From Acidobacteriota bacterium (GTDB taxonomy: Bacteria; Acidobacteriota; UBA890; WLXD01), in NCBI GenBank assembly GCA_012103255.1, contig WLXD01000004.1, forward strand, positions 398,460 to 462,459: DNA of 64,000 bases, written 5' to 3'. A model generated the notes under the pieces. That model did no database searches and was not told the DNA's origin. It saw nothing but the letters and a program-made list of their open reading frames with translations. Both the position numbers and the translations under genes were made by a program. This document shows positions 20,172 to 31,270 of the stretch, piece by piece (position 1 is the stretch's first letter; the number at the start of each line of letters is the position of its first letter).

Positions 20172-20534
20172 ATGAAAACCGACGATACCGCGCCAACGCC
20201 CACGCTGGGTGAACTCGAACTGCTCGTCGTCCTCGCGATTCTCCGCTGCGGAGATGAGGCCTACGGCGTGACGATTACCGAAGAGATTCGTCGCCGGACC
20301 GGCCGTCGGCTCGCCCGGGCGGCGGTCTACGTAACGTTGCGGCGCCTCCACGAGCGCGGCCTGGTGCGATCGACCACGGGCACGCCGCTGCCGGAACGCG
20401 GCGGCAAGGCACGTCGGTACTACAGCATCGAACCAGAGGGCCTCGATCGCGCACAGGCAACGCAGACCGCGTTCACGACCATGTGGGACGGAATATCGCT
20501 CGCTCCGGCTGACGCACCCGAGGAGCATCGATGA
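20172..20534 (+). CDS. PadR family transcriptional regulator
   Basis: LGELELLVVLAI..AYGVTI..AVYVTLRRL..RGGKARRYY. ATGA-coupled to the downstream permease. Confidence 0.92.
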   Translation: MKTDDTAPTPTLGELELLVVLAILRCGDEAYGVTITEEIRRRTGRRLARAAVYVTLRRLHERGLVRSTTGTPLPERGGKARRYYSIEPEGLDRAQATQTAFTTMWDGISLAPADAPEEHR

Positions 20535-23164
20535 TCGATCGCCTGTTGCTGCGCGTTCTCAGCATTGTTGCTCCCGAGGAACTCGCCGACGAGATCGAAG
20601 GCGACCTCCGAGAACAGCTCTCGCAATTGAAACGCTCGAGATCATCGGTTGTGGCGACGATCTGGCTCGCCCGTGCCGTCATCGGGGCGGCCCTAAGCAT
20701 CGGTTGGTCGCGGACACCCTTCGCGCGCCGCGGCTCGTTCATATCGCCGCCACTACCGGCGCGTCGACGAAGTCTGCCGGTGACTTTGAACGACCTGCGA
20801 TTCGCCGTCCGACTGATAGCCAAACAGCCCGTGCTTTCGGCCACGGCCGTGGGCGCCCTTGGTGTGTCCATGTGCCTGGCGATCTTCGGTTTCACCATGT
20901 TGAGTTCCACGCTGTGGGCCGAACTCCCGCTACCGCAAGGTGAGCGCTACGTCTACATGGAGGTCACCGACCCAGAGACATTGGATGAAGTAGGTGTGGC
21001 GCCCGAAGTGCTCGAACGATGGATCAACGAATCGAGCACCCTGGCAACGATTGGTGCCTTCGAGTGGGGCCAAGCGAACCTCGAACCCGTCGATACGGAG
21101 CCCGTGGGCATCCGGCTGGTCCACATCACGCCGCGCGGCATGGCGGCGACACAGGTCGAACCCGTCGTCGGGCGGCTGTTCGAACCCCGAGACGCCGTCC
21201 CGGGCGCGGAACCTGTGGTGCTACTGCGCGAGGACCTGTGGGAACAGCACTACCGCGGCGACCCGGACATGCTGGGGGCTCCGATCCGGCTGGGTGGCAG
21301 CGACTACACCCTCGTCGGCGTTCTCCCGCGAGAATTCGCCTTCCCGAGCTCACACAATCTCTGGCTACCTCGCGCAGAACACGGACCTGGCGTGGTTGAC
21401 GGGTCTCGGCCGGAGGCGTTCGGGATCATGGCCGATGACGCTGATATGGCGGAGGTCCAGGCAGAACTCGAAGTCCTCATGCAGCCGAGCGACGACGAAC
21501 TCCGCGCGGGGCCGCCCAACGCCCTTCGTGTGGTGCCCTACACCCGCGGCCTGACCGGGGGCCGTGCTGCCGAGACTTTCATGGCGGGAGTCGTCACCGT
21601 CTTGTTGCTGATCCTGGCCGTGGCGGCTGCGAATGTCGCCAACCTCATCCTGGTGCGCGCCGTTGCCCGCAGCGACGAGTACGGGATCCGCGCTGCCTTG
21701 GGCGCTTCGCGAACAAACCTCATCGCGCAAGGCTTTGGCGAAGTTCTACTCCTCGGGGCGCTCGCCGCGATACTCGGCACGGGAGGCGCGAGCCTGATCT
21801 TCCGGTGGCTGCGGAGCGTTGTCGACAACGAACTCCCGATGTGGATCGACTTCAGGATCGACCCGGTGGTTGGTGGTTTCATTGCCTTCCTGGCCGTGTT
21901 CTCGACGTCGATCGCGAGCATCGGCCCCATGTTGCGCGCGACTCGCGGCTCGCTGGACGCATCGCTACGCCAGGGTTCTACGGCGGTGGCTTCCGGCGGG
22001 TTCGGTCGTGCGTCCGCCAGCATGATCGTCGCCGAACTTGCTCTGTCGGTGGCCCTTCTCTCGACAGCGACTCTTCTTGGCCGGGGCCTCGTCGGACTTC
22101 AGCAGGTAGATCTCGGACTGGACCAGACGCGGGTTCTTACAGCCAGCCTCTATTTGCCGCCCGCCCCGGGCGTTTCCGAACCGAGCCCAATCGACACCGG
22201 GCTGCTCGCGGACCTTGAGAGCCGGGTCAACATCCGCAAGGCGGGCCTCACGATGCGGCTTCCCAAGGAGGAGACGCGGGCACGGGACCTCGAGGTGGAC
22301 GGCCGCGAGGGCATCGTACGATCCCACGTTGCACATTCCGGCCTCTACTTCTTCGACAGCCTGGAGATCGCCGCACTCCGCGGTCGGACTTTCACCGCGA
22401 GCGACCACGAAACCGACGCGGTGCCCGTTGTCGTGGTGAACGAGTCTTTCGCGACGGCTCACCTGGGCACTTCTAACCCAGTCGGCCAACGTCTCCGATT
22501 CGCGTCGGAGCCCGGTGCCGAACCCACTGCGTGGCGCGAGATCGTGGGCGTGGTTCGCGATCTGGGTCTGAATGCTGCCGTTCCCGGGGAAAGTGACGGA
22601 CTCTACCTGCCGGTCGCTGGATCGAACTTCTATCAGCTCACGGCAACCTTCGAAGGACCGTTCGCAGATGCGGCGCGCGCGATGCGCGCCGTCGTCGGCG
22701 CCAACGACTCGCGCATCATCGTCCGGGAGGTGCAGACGCTAGAACAATCAGGTTGGGCCGCGCGCACTCTGTTGTCGGCGACCGCCTCGGGGCTATCGGC
22801 TCTTGGAGTCATGGCCCTGGCCCTGTCTGTGACCGGCATGTACGCGATCATGGCGTTCTCGGTGCAGCAACGTACACGCGAGTTCGGCGTGCGGGTGGCG
22901 CTCGGAGCCGAACCCGGAGATCTGGTGCGCCGTGCGGTCCTCTCGACCTGCGTTCGACTGGCGAGTGGTGCCGGTCTAGGAGTTACTCGCGCGCTCCTGC
23001 TCAGTCAAGCAGCGGCCGTGCTTCCGATCGCAGTGCCGGCCCTTAGCATGTTCGATGTCGCCGTAGTGTGCGGCACAATGATGCTCGCGGGACTTCTAGC
23101 AGCGTGGCTACCTGCTCGACAGGCAGGTCGCGTCAACCCGGCCGATGCGCTCCGCGCGGACTGA
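20531..23164 (+). CDS. ADOP-type duplicated ABC permease
   Basis: DLRFAVRL, AANVANL, IRAALGA, REFGVRVALGA, C-terminal VNPADALRAD. Confidence 0.9.
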   Translation: MIDRLLLRVLSIVAPEELADEIEGDLREQLSQLKRSRSSVVATIWLARAVIGAALSIGWSRTPFARRGSFISPPLPARRRSLPVTLNDLRFAVRLIAKQPVLSATAVGALGVSMCLAIFGFTMLSSTLWAELPLPQGERYVYMEVTDPETLDEVGVAPEVLERWINESSTLATIGAFEWGQANLEPVDTEPVGIRLVHITPRGMAATQVEPVVGRLFEPRDAVPGAEPVVLLREDLWEQHYRGDPDMLGAPIRLGGSDYTLVGVLPREFAFPSSHNLWLPRAEHGPGVVDGSRPEAFGIMADDADMAEVQAELEVLMQPSDDELRAGPPNALRVVPYTRGLTGGRAAETFMAGVVTVLLLILAVAAANVANLILVRAVARSDEYGIRAALGASRTNLIAQGFGEVLLLGALAAILGTGGASLIFRWLRSVVDNELPMWIDFRIDPVVGGFIAFLAVFSTSIASIGPMLRATRGSLDASLRQGSTAVASGGFGRASASMIVAELALSVALLSTATLLGRGLVGLQQVDLGLDQTRVLTASLYLPPAPGVSEPSPIDTGLLADLESRVNIRKAGLTMRLPKEETRARDLEVDGREGIVRSHVAHSGLYFFDSLEIAALRGRTFTASDHETDAVPVVVVNESFATAHLGTSNPVGQRLRFASEPGAEPTAWREIVGVVRDLGLNAAVPGESDGLYLPVAGSNFYQLTATFEGPFADAARAMRAVVGANDSRIIVREVQTLEQSGWAARTLLSATASGLSALGVMALALSVTGMYAIMAFSVQQRTREFGVRVALGAEPGDLVRRAVLSTCVRLASGAGLGVTRALLLSQAAAVLPIAVPALSMFDVAVVCGTMMLAGLLAAWLPARQAGRVNPADALRAD

Positions 23165-23923
23165 TTACTGAGCTTCGCGGGAGGTCAGAATCTCGACGCC
23201 GTTCTTGGCCACGACCACCGTGTGCTCGAACTGCGCGACGAGACCGCCGAGCGAAGTGCGCAGCGTCCAACCGTCATCGCCCTCGATGGCGCGATCGGAG
23301 TTCGTCGACAAGAAGGGCTCCACCGTGATCACCTGCCCCTCGGCGAACCGTCGGCGGTCGCCGGCCTCGTAGTAGTTCAGGATGGCCCGAGGCTCTTCGT
23401 GAAGTCCTCCGCCCACCCCGTGGCCACAGAGGTTCCGGACGACGATGAAGCCAGTCTCGTCAGCGACGGTCTGGACCGCACGCCCAACGCTGTTGAGCAG
23501 CGCTCCCGGCTTCACTCTATCGAGCGCTTCGTCCAGCGCTCGCTGGGTGGCACCCAGCAGGCGCTGCCGCACTCCGCTGATATCACCAACCGCGAAACTA
23601 GCGCCCGAATCGGCATAGAACCCGTTCAGCGACGCCGACACATCGATGTTTACAAGGTCGCCCGCAGCGATCACACGAGTGCCGGGAATGCCGTGGGCAG
23701 CCTCATCGTTCACGCTGACGCAGGTCGCCGCCGGGAACCCCACCGTCGGCGGAGCCGGCTCAGCGCCGGCCGCGGCAAGGAAGTCCGCGCCAACGCGGTC
23801 CAGATCCGCTGTAGTCACGCCTGGCTCGAGCCGCGCGTGCATCTCCACGATCGTGGCAGCGACGCAACGGCCTGCGGCACGGACTCCCTCCAGCTCATCG
23901 CTGGAGGGAAGCCCTACGACCAA
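23165..23923 (-). CDS. map: Type I methionyl aminopeptidase
   Basis: CVSVNDEAAHGIP, NIDVS, GFYADS, GHGVG..LHEEP, VEPF, AQFEHT. Confidence 0.93.
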   Translation of the reverse strand: MVVGLPSSDELEGVRAAGRCVAATIVEMHARLEPGVTTADLDRVGADFLAAAGAEPAPPTVGFPAATCVSVNDEAAHGIPGTRVIAAGDLVNIDVSASLNGFYADSGASFAVGDISGVRQRLLGATQRALDEALDRVKPGALLNSVGRAVQTVADETGFIVVRNLCGHGVGGGLHEEPRAILNYYEAGDRRRFAEGQVITVEPFLSTNSDRAIEGDDGWTLRTSLGGLVAQFEHTVVVAKNGVEILTSREAQ

Positions 23924-23942
23924 AGATCCGATGCCCTGTTTG

Positions 23943-26612
23943 TCATCGCACGAGCGTCAGCGGAGCGCTGGCTGAAGCGCCATTTGCATCGATGGTCACG
24001 TTGTAGTCACCCGGCGAGGCCATCGGCGGAACCTCGAAACCAAACACGGTGCGGCTCTCGCCTTCGACCTGCAGGTTCCACTCGATGAAGTTGTGACCCT
24101 CCGATCCGGCACCAGTGAACGTGTGCACCGTTTCGCCGGAGGCGTCCGCAACCGTGACTGTGTAGTCCCCATCGGAGGCCATCCACACATGCAAACCAGC
24201 GGTGCTGCCGCCACCCTGGAAGAACGCGAAGCGGCCGCGCGGCATCTGCACCGACTCGGGTTCGAACATGTGCAGACCCGCGGCCACGACCTCGTCGGTC
24301 AGTCCCTGAATCGGACGCACGTCGAGCGCGTATACGCCACGTCCGTGTGTCCCGGCCACGAGAATGTCCGTCTCTTCACTGATCGTGATGTCGTGAACGA
24401 ACGTTGTGGGCATACCGTGCGAAAGCGCTTCCCATGTTTCGCCGTTGTCGATGGAGACGTAGGCGCCATAGTCCGTGCCCACATACAGCACGTTCGGGTT
24501 CTTGGGATCTTCCTTGATCACGTTGATCGGGCCACTCGGGAGCGCCGAGGCAAGGTCGATCCATGTTCCCCCACGATCCGTGGACTTCCACAGATACGGG
24601 GTGAAGTCGTCGTCGCGCTTGCCGTTCTGGGCCGCGAACAGAGTGTCGGGATCCCACTTCGAGGCAACGAGCTCGGAGATCACCTTGCCCTGGGGAAGTT
24701 CACCCGTGATCTCTGACCAGGCACCTGCCGGATCTGAACTCCAGACACGACCGTCATCTGTGCCCGCGTACAGCCGTCCGAACTCGAAGGGTGACTCCGT
24801 GATCGAGTAGATCGTCTGGTACTGGATGTCCCCGATCTGATCGACATCGTTGTAAGTCAGGTCCTCGCTGATCGCCTCGAAATCCTCGCCGCGGTCCATC
24901 GACCGGAAGATCTTGTTGAGACCCAGGTATACGACGCGGGGGTTGTGCGGCGAGACGATAAACGGCGCGATCCACTGCCCGCGATACGGCACCTCGCCTT
25001 CGGCGGCGCGCGGCATCAACTGGGTCCGCTCGCCGGTCTCGAGATCGGCGCGGAAGATACTGCCGTAGAAGCCTGCCGCATAGAGCGTGTTGGGATCGGT
25101 CGGGTCGACGACATGGGTTGACCCTTCGCCACCGGGGGCGTTCTCCCACTCCACGGCTGGAATGTTGTGACGACCGCGACTCAGGTCGATCATGCCGCGA
25201 CGGCTGCCGTGGTCCTGAATCGAACCGTAGGCGTACATCGGATCGCCTGTGTCGACCGCGATGTTGAAAAACTGCACGAGCGGCAGGCTGTCATAGAACG
25301 TCCGCCACTCGTCACCGCCGTCGTACGAGATCGCCAGGCCGCCGTCGTTGACGTTCACCAGGTAGTCGGAGTTTTCCGGATCGATCCATAGACCATGGTG
25401 GTCAACGTGCATGCCATCGAGACTACGAAAGTTCTCGCCGGCGTCATCGGAAACGTTCAGGCGCAGCCCCATCACGTAGATGCGATCTTCGTCATTGGGA
25501 TCAACGCGGATCTGCCCGAACACCCACCCGTAGGTGCCACCGAGGCTCAGCATGTAGTCGTTGTACTGCGAGGTTCGGCGCCAGTTCTCGCCGCCGTCGT
25601 CGGAACGATAGACAGTCGCCCCGCGGATTACTGGACCGGCTGGCCGCCCGTAGGCGTCCGTGTCGTCCGGGTCCGGCTCACGCGCAGTCTCATAGCTATC
25701 GATGAACGCGTAGACGACGTCCGGGTTCGAGCGGGCAACGTCAAGGCCGATCCGACCTCGATGCTGCCCTTCGGGCAATCCGTTGTTGATGGGGTTCCAG
25801 GTGGCGCCCCCGTCTGTCGACTTGAAGACGCCGGAACCGTCGTAGCCATCCTCGTTGCGCGGGTCGTTCCACTTCTTACGGATGCGCTGCCAGGTGGCGG
25901 CGTAGAGCGTGTCTGGTGCGCGCGGGTCCATCACCAGGTCGATGACCCCCGTGCGCTCGTCGCGATAGAAGATGTGTTCCCAGGTTTGCCCGCCGTCCGT
26001 GGTCTTGTAGATGCCGCGCTCAGGGTTGTCCGTCCACTCGTTGCCCGAGGCCGCGACGTACAACACGTCGGGGTTGGTCGGATGAATCACGGTCCGCGGG
26101 ATCGTATGCGTCTCCTCGAGTCCCATGTGCGTCCATGTATCGCCACCATCGGTCGACTTATAGACGCCGGCACCCGCCATCGACGAACGGAAGATGTTGG
26201 CTTCTCCAGTCCCGATCCAGACGATGTTCTGATCCGAAGGGGCCAGGGTTACATCGCCGATCGTCGTCGACGCCCCGTGCTCGAAGATCGGTTGCCAGGT
26301 CGTTCCTTCGTTCTCGGTGCGCCAGAGTCCGCCGGAGGCGCCAGCCACGTAGATCGTGTAGTTGTCGCCCTTCGGGCCCACCACCTCGACGTCCGTCATG
26401 CGGCCTGAAACGTTGGTAGGCCCGACAAACTGCCAGGGCAGGTTGCGGAACCGCGATTCCTCGGCATTCCGGACGTGATCCGCGTACCACTCGAGGCGCT
26501 CAGAAGCCGCGGTCTGGTCGTCCTGACTCTGTGCCGCCAGGGGTGCACCAAAGCCAACGAGGAGAAGAATCGTGAGGGCCGTCACCACGGCCAGTCGAGC
26601 AGGGGTACGCAT
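23943..26612 (-). CDS. Secreted VPS10/BNR beta-propeller protein (putative glycosyl hydrolase)
   Basis: GPTNVSGR, repeated STDGGxTW, HVDHH, GTHGRG. Signal peptide from ATG at 26612. Confidence 0.88.
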   Translation of the reverse strand: MRTPARLAVVTALTILLLVGFGAPLAAQSQDDQTAASERLEWYADHVRNAEESRFRNLPWQFVGPTNVSGRMTDVEVVGPKGDNYTIYVAGASGGLWRTENEGTTWQPIFEHGASTTIGDVTLAPSDQNIVWIGTGEANIFRSSMAGAGVYKSTDGGDTWTHMGLEETHTIPRTVIHPTNPDVLYVAASGNEWTDNPERGIYKTTDGGQTWEHIFYRDERTGVIDLVMDPRAPDTLYAATWQRIRKKWNDPRNEDGYDGSGVFKSTDGGATWNPINNGLPEGQHRGRIGLDVARSNPDVVYAFIDSYETAREPDPDDTDAYGRPAGPVIRGATVYRSDDGGENWRRTSQYNDYMLSLGGTYGWVFGQIRVDPNDEDRIYVMGLRLNVSDDAGENFRSLDGMHVDHHGLWIDPENSDYLVNVNDGGLAISYDGGDEWRTFYDSLPLVQFFNIAVDTGDPMYAYGSIQDHGSRRGMIDLSRGRHNIPAVEWENAPGGEGSTHVVDPTDPNTLYAAGFYGSIFRADLETGERTQLMPRAAEGEVPYRGQWIAPFIVSPHNPRVVYLGLNKIFRSMDRGEDFEAISEDLTYNDVDQIGDIQYQTIYSITESPFEFGRLYAGTDDGRVWSSDPAGAWSEITGELPQGKVISELVASKWDPDTLFAAQNGKRDDDFTPYLWKSTDRGGTWIDLASALPSGPINVIKEDPKNPNVLYVGTDYGAYVSIDNGETWEALSHGMPTTFVHDITISEETDILVAGTHGRGVYALDVRPIQGLTDEVVAAGLHMFEPESVQMPRGRFAFFQGGGSTAGLHVWMASDGDYTVTVADASGETVHTFTGAGSEGHNFIEWNLQVEGESRTVFGFEVPPMASPGDYNVTIDANGASASAPLTLVR

Positions 26613-26748
26613 CAGAACTACTCCGTACTGGGAAAAACCGACAGGCGCATGGGGAATCGCAGGGTAGTAACCCGAGCCGGCAACGTCAACGCGCGGACCG
26701 GCTGCCGGCCCCTGCCGAGTCGCTCCAATGCCGGCTAGATTCGTCCGG

Positions 26749-27477
26749 CTATCCGGACGCGGTGCGCTGCAGCACCTCAGCGACAACCGGCCGCAACGCG
26801 TCCACGTACTGGCGGGAGTCGTAGTGCCCTACCCCGTCGAGCGACGTGAAATCGACCTGGCCGCCGCGACGTCGCATGCGTTCGACCGTCTTGGCCACCG
26901 CCGGGTGCGGAATCAACTCGTCGGCACGACTATTAACGACCCACATCGGGAACGTCTTCAGTTCCGGGCGCCAACCGAAAACTCCCTGGTCCGCCAGTTC
27001 CACGAAGCGCTCGAGACCCGACACATCAGGGTCGTCCGGATACAGGATCGGCACGGCGGCTACCGCGATTCCCGCAGCGAACAGGTCGGGGTGACGGGGC
27101 CCGAGGAACCATGTGCCCATGCCGCCGAGGCTGTAGCCTGCCAGCACCACATGCGCGGGATCGACGCCGAGATTGGCGATGGCGTGCTCACGTAGCGCAA
27201 GCACGGCGGCGACGCTACGCGGGTGATGCCAGGTGCGCTCCGGGCAGTAGGGCGCGAGCAGGACCGCGCGTTCGGCTGCAAACGTTGGTTCCAGGAAGAC
27301 GCGAGTGAAGTCACGGGCATGGCGTGCGGGAAGGTCGCCTTCCCAGCCGTAGTGCAGGCCGATCACGAGTGGAACCGCACCGTCACCCGTCTGACGACGG
27401 TCGATGGCGACATAGCGAAGCGGTGCGTCGCCCTCGATAGGCAGTTCGTGGTCGGTGATGTGGGCTCGCTGCGACAT
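26749..27477 (-). CDS. Alpha/beta hydrolase (predicted peptidase/esterase, COG4099-like)
   Basis: PLVIGLH, nucleophile motif GYSLGGMG, D..I and GVGH. Confidence 0.82.
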   Translation of the reverse strand: MSQRAHITDHELPIEGDAPLRYVAIDRRQTGDGAVPLVIGLHYGWEGDLPARHARDFTRVFLEPTFAAERAVLLAPYCPERTWHHPRSVAAVLALREHAIANLGVDPAHVVLAGYSLGGMGTWFLGPRHPDLFAAGIAVAAVPILYPDDPDVSGLERFVELADQGVFGWRPELKTFPMWVVNSRADELIPHPAVAKTVERMRRRGGQVDFTSLDGVGHYDSRQYVDALRPVVAEVLQRTASG

Positions 27478-27516
27478 GGCCTGAGTCTCGCACGATCGCA
27501 GCGAGGCAGACTGCGG

Positions 27517-28749
27517 CTACTCGTAGCGCAGAGCCTCGATGGGATCGAGCTGCGAGGCACGCGTGGCCGGATAGATTCCCGACACCAGGCCCGCGGCCAT
27601 CGACACACTCGTCGAGAGAATCACGGAAGAGGCCGTCACAACAGTTTCCCAGCCTGCCGAAGCCGCGACGACCCGCGCGATCACCACGCCCATGACGACG
27701 CCCGCGAGACCGCCCAGCAAGCTGATGGCGAAGGCTTCGATCATGAACTGATTGCGGATCTCCCGCCGTCTCGCGCCCACAGCACGGCGGATACCAATCT
27801 CACGCGTCCGCTCCAGAACGGTGGCCAGCATGATGTTGGTGATCCCGATGCCACCCACGAGGAGCGAGATGCCCGCAATGCAGCCCATCACGACGTTGAA
27901 CAGTCGCTGAGTACGCCGGCTCTGATCCAGAAGCGCCTCCGGCACCACGAGCTCGAAGTCGTCTTCGCCGCCATGAATCCGGTCGAGCAGGCGTCGGATC
28001 GCGACCGCGCTCGCCTGCGCCGACTGGTCTGCCGAGAGCTGCACGACGATCTCGTCTACCGGGGCTCGCAGCGGTTCGCGATCGAACTTCCTGATGGCGG
28101 TTGTCACCGGGATGTAGATCTCTGTGGCGGTCGTGCCGATGTCGACGCCCTGGAACTGCCCGCCGCTTCCGAGATCTTCAAGCACGCCGATGACTTCGAA
28201 CCAGACGTCGTTGACTTTCAACTCGCGCCCGATCGCAGACTCCACGCCGAAGAGATCGCGACGCACCCCGGCGCCGATCACGGCGACCTGGGCATGCTGC
28301 TCCTCATCAAGTCGATCGATGAACCGCCCGTCCGCGACGTTCAGGTCGGAAAGGTCCTGCTGATGCCACGAAACGCCGAATACGCTCGCCGCGGTGCGTC
28401 CGTCCACGGACATGATCTTGTAGCTGTCGATCTCCACACGAGGCACCGCGAGATCCACTCCGGGGATCCCGTCGCGGATGACGCTGGCGTCGCGCAAGGA
28501 GACGCCGAGAGAATTGCGTCGGATCTCGTTGAGTTCGTCCTCTGCGAGTTCGACGTCGCGCACGAGCACGTTGCGCAACCCCATCCGATCGATGAGCTCC
28601 ATGGCCTGCAGTTCCGCGCCTGCTCCGATCGACAGCATCGCGATCACGGCGCCCACGCCAAAGATCATGCCGAGCATGGTGAGCAGCGAACGCAGCTTGT
28701 GCGCCGCCAAGTTATTCAGCGCACTGATGAACGATTCCTGAAGATTCAC
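27517..28749 (-). CDS. MacB-family ABC permease (single module)
   Basis: KLRSLLTMLGMIFGVGAVIAM, SLLVGGIGITNIML..VLERTREIGIRRAVGA, LDPIEALRYE. Confidence 0.95.
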   Translation of the reverse strand: MNLQESFISALNNLAAHKLRSLLTMLGMIFGVGAVIAMLSIGAGAELQAMELIDRMGLRNVLVRDVELAEDELNEIRRNSLGVSLRDASVIRDGIPGVDLAVPRVEIDSYKIMSVDGRTAASVFGVSWHQQDLSDLNVADGRFIDRLDEEQHAQVAVIGAGVRRDLFGVESAIGRELKVNDVWFEVIGVLEDLGSGGQFQGVDIGTTATEIYIPVTTAIRKFDREPLRAPVDEIVVQLSADQSAQASAVAIRRLLDRIHGGEDDFELVVPEALLDQSRRTQRLFNVVMGCIAGISLLVGGIGITNIMLATVLERTREIGIRRAVGARRREIRNQFMIEAFAISLLGGLAGVVMGVVIARVVAASAGWETVVTASSVILSTSVSMAAGLVSGIYPATRASQLDPIEALRYE

Positions 28750-30026
28750 GGACGCCCCGTTGGGGTCGGCGGGCCGGCGGGTGAGCTGCCCGCTGCTGGC
28801 GCGACGACGATTCGACTGGGATCCTCCAAAGCGATGACGTCGCCTTGATCGAGACCCGATTCGATGACGACACTCCCCAAAGCGATCGGGCCAAGCACCA
28901 CGTCGACGCGCTCGAATTCGCCGCCACTGCTACGAAAGACGTACGGGTTCGTCTCTTCGTCCCGGAAGATCGCTTCGCGCGGCACCGTGATCACGTCGGC
29001 GAGGTCCTGAACGAGCAGCGTCGCTCGCACGCGTTGTCCGGGCTTCATCTTGGTCGGATCGGTGAGTTCCAACTCCAAATCGATATCGAAGTATTGCACC
29101 GGTGACCAGCGTGTTCGGCGCTTTGCCACGGCGGCGACGCGGCGAACTTCAGCGTCGAAAGGCTCTGCGGGATGAGCCTCCAGCGTTACGAATGCTTCGA
29201 TTCCCTCTTCAACTCCCCCTGCGTCAGCTTCGAGCACGTAAACCTGCGCCTTCATGGTGTCGAGCTGCGGAATCTCGGCGATCGGGCGTCCAGGCCAGGT
29301 CATCGCGCCGACCTGCGGCGGCTCTCCACGATCACGCCGCAGCACGAAGATGCCGGCGTGCGGTGCGCGAATCTCGAGTTGCCTCAGGCCAGCGTCAGCC
29401 TTCTCGATGCGCAGCTCCGCCTGTCGCTGCTGCAACCCGAGAAGATCGAGTTCGACTTCTCCCTGTTCGGCGCTCAGATCTCGCGCCCGGCTCGCGTGAT
29501 CCTTGCGCCGCGTGGCCAGCTCCTCGTCGATCTCCGACTCGAGAATCTCGTTGCGCGAGTAGATTTCCTGATCGGTGGTCTGGAACTCCCGCGAGTGATC
29601 GAGTTGGAGATCCGCGATCTGTTCATCGCGCTCCAGATTGTCGAGTGTCGTCGACTGCTCGATATTGCGGCCTTCGACCTGACTCAGCGCCTTGTCCCGA
29701 TCGGCCACGCCGGAGAAGCGCTCCTGTTCCATCTCGGTGGGATCAAAACGAATGACCACGTCACCTTCGGCAACTTCTGAGCCGTCTTCCGCCAACCACG
29801 CCACCTTCATGGGGCCGTTGGTGGATCGGGGTGAAGCGATCGGCGTCGCGTTCTCGGCTACCAGGATCCCCTCGGCGTCAACCTTGTGCTGAAAGCGCCC
29901 CCCCTCTACCGTGAAGGTGGGAACGGGCGATGACTGCCCGACGGCTCCAGCAAGCGTCGAGCCCAGCAGCCACAGCGCGGGCATGCTCAGGAGCAAGGTC
30001 AGGAGAACGAGTCGGGTGCGATTCAT
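28746..30026 (-). CDS. Periplasmic adaptor / membrane fusion protein (MacA/HlyD-like)
   Basis: EDGSEVAEGDVV, coiled coil, IRAPHAG, MKPGQ, GLDQGD. Confidence 0.88.
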   Translation of the reverse strand: MNRTRLVLLTLLLSMPALWLLGSTLAGAVGQSSPVPTFTVEGGRFQHKVDAEGILVAENATPIASPRSTNGPMKVAWLAEDGSEVAEGDVVIRFDPTEMEQERFSGVADRDKALSQVEGRNIEQSTTLDNLERDEQIADLQLDHSREFQTTDQEIYSRNEILESEIDEELATRRKDHASRARDLSAEQGEVELDLLGLQQRQAELRIEKADAGLRQLEIRAPHAGIFVLRRDRGEPPQVGAMTWPGRPIAEIPQLDTMKAQVYVLEADAGGVEEGIEAFVTLEAHPAEPFDAEVRRVAAVAKRRTRWSPVQYFDIDLELELTDPTKMKPGQRVRATLLVQDLADVITVPREAIFRDEETNPYVFRSSGGEFERVDVVLGPIALGSVVIESGLDQGDVIALEDPSRIVVAPAAGSSPAGPPTPTGRP

Positions 30027-31270
30027 GATGCCAGGCTCGTACCGGAGATCCGGTCGCCGACCGCGAGCCCGCCCAGAACTTCAACCATGTCCGAACTTCT
30101 CCGCCCCAATTCAACCGGCACGGACTCATGTCCGAACACCGTCTTGCGGAAGACCACCGGGCCGTCCGCGGTCGGGAACACAGCGTGGACCGGAACAACC
30201 AGTACGCCTTCGACCCTTTCGGTCTCGATCTCACCGCGAAAACGCATACCTGGCCGCATCCGCTCCACGTCGGTTTCCTCGAGGTCGAGTTCGATGCGCA
30301 CAACTTTGATTGGATTGCGCGAGAACGACTTGCGCTGCACGGTGCGCCAGATGGACTCGATCCGCGCACGATAGAGAACGTCCGGATGGGCATCGAGGCG
30401 CAGCGTCACCACTTGCGCGTCGGAGATCCTGCCGGCGTCCGACTCGTCCACCTCTCCCCGAGCCATCATGGTGGACAGATCGGGAAGCTCGATGATCTCC
30501 TCGCGGCGCCAAACCTGGTCGCCGACTTTCTTCTTGTCGCCGCGCCAGTTCGTGACGTAGATCACCGTGCCCGGACGCGGTGCCGTCACCGTCATGGCTT
30601 CGACCGCGTTCTGCACCTCCTCGACAAGGCGCACCGCGCGATCACGCTGCGCCACCAGCGCCTGGCGTTGTGCGGCGCCGGCATCCGCCGCCGCGTTCAG
30701 TCTTCCCTCGAGGCTCGCTACACGCCGGGTAGCCAGTTCGAGATCGAGTCCGTCGACCTCTGCCTGGTTCGCTGCGCGCAGATCGTCGGGCACGTCATTC
30801 TTGAGCGCCGCTCGGCGCGCTTCGGCCTGGGCCTCAGCGAGCTCGAGCCGCATGCCCATCAGTTGCTGTTCGAGATCGACATCGAGTTTCTCGATGTTCT
30901 TGTCGGCTTGCTGGGCGTCGGTCTGCAATTGCAACAACCGTTGCTCGAGCTGCGATACGTCGAAGCCGAGCACTGGCTCTCCGGCTGCGACGTCAGCTCC
31001 CTCCGCGGCCATAAAACTGATCTGAAAATCCTGTACTTCACTCACTTGCGGCGGCGTGACCATGCTCGCCTCGCGAGAGGCCAGCGTGCCCTCGACCTCC
31101 ACAGTGAGTACAAGGTCATCGACTGCCACGGGAATCCAGCTCACCTCGCTGTCTCCCGAGAACACACGCGTGAGCCCCCACCCAACGATGGCAAGCGCCA
31201 ACACGACGCCAACTACCAGCTTCACGAGTGTGGCGCGGCGCAGACCGCCGCCAAGACCGGGAGCGCTCAT
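30023..31270 (-). CDS. Periplasmic adaptor / membrane fusion protein (MacA/HlyD-like)
   Basis: EGADVAAGE, VTAPRPG, LDAHPD, MRPGM. ATGA overlaps on both sides. Confidence 0.88.
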   Translation of the reverse strand: MSAPGLGGGLRRATLVKLVVGVVLALAIVGWGLTRVFSGDSEVSWIPVAVDDLVLTVEVEGTLASREASMVTPPQVSEVQDFQISFMAAEGADVAAGEPVLGFDVSQLEQRLLQLQTDAQQADKNIEKLDVDLEQQLMGMRLELAEAQAEARRAALKNDVPDDLRAANQAEVDGLDLELATRRVASLEGRLNAAADAGAAQRQALVAQRDRAVRLVEEVQNAVEAMTVTAPRPGTVIYVTNWRGDKKKVGDQVWRREEIIELPDLSTMMARGEVDESDAGRISDAQVVTLRLDAHPDVLYRARIESIWRTVQRKSFSRNPIKVVRIELDLEETDVERMRPGMRFRGEIETERVEGVLVVPVHAVFPTADGPVVFRKTVFGHESVPVELGRRSSDMVEVLGGLAVGDRISGTSLAS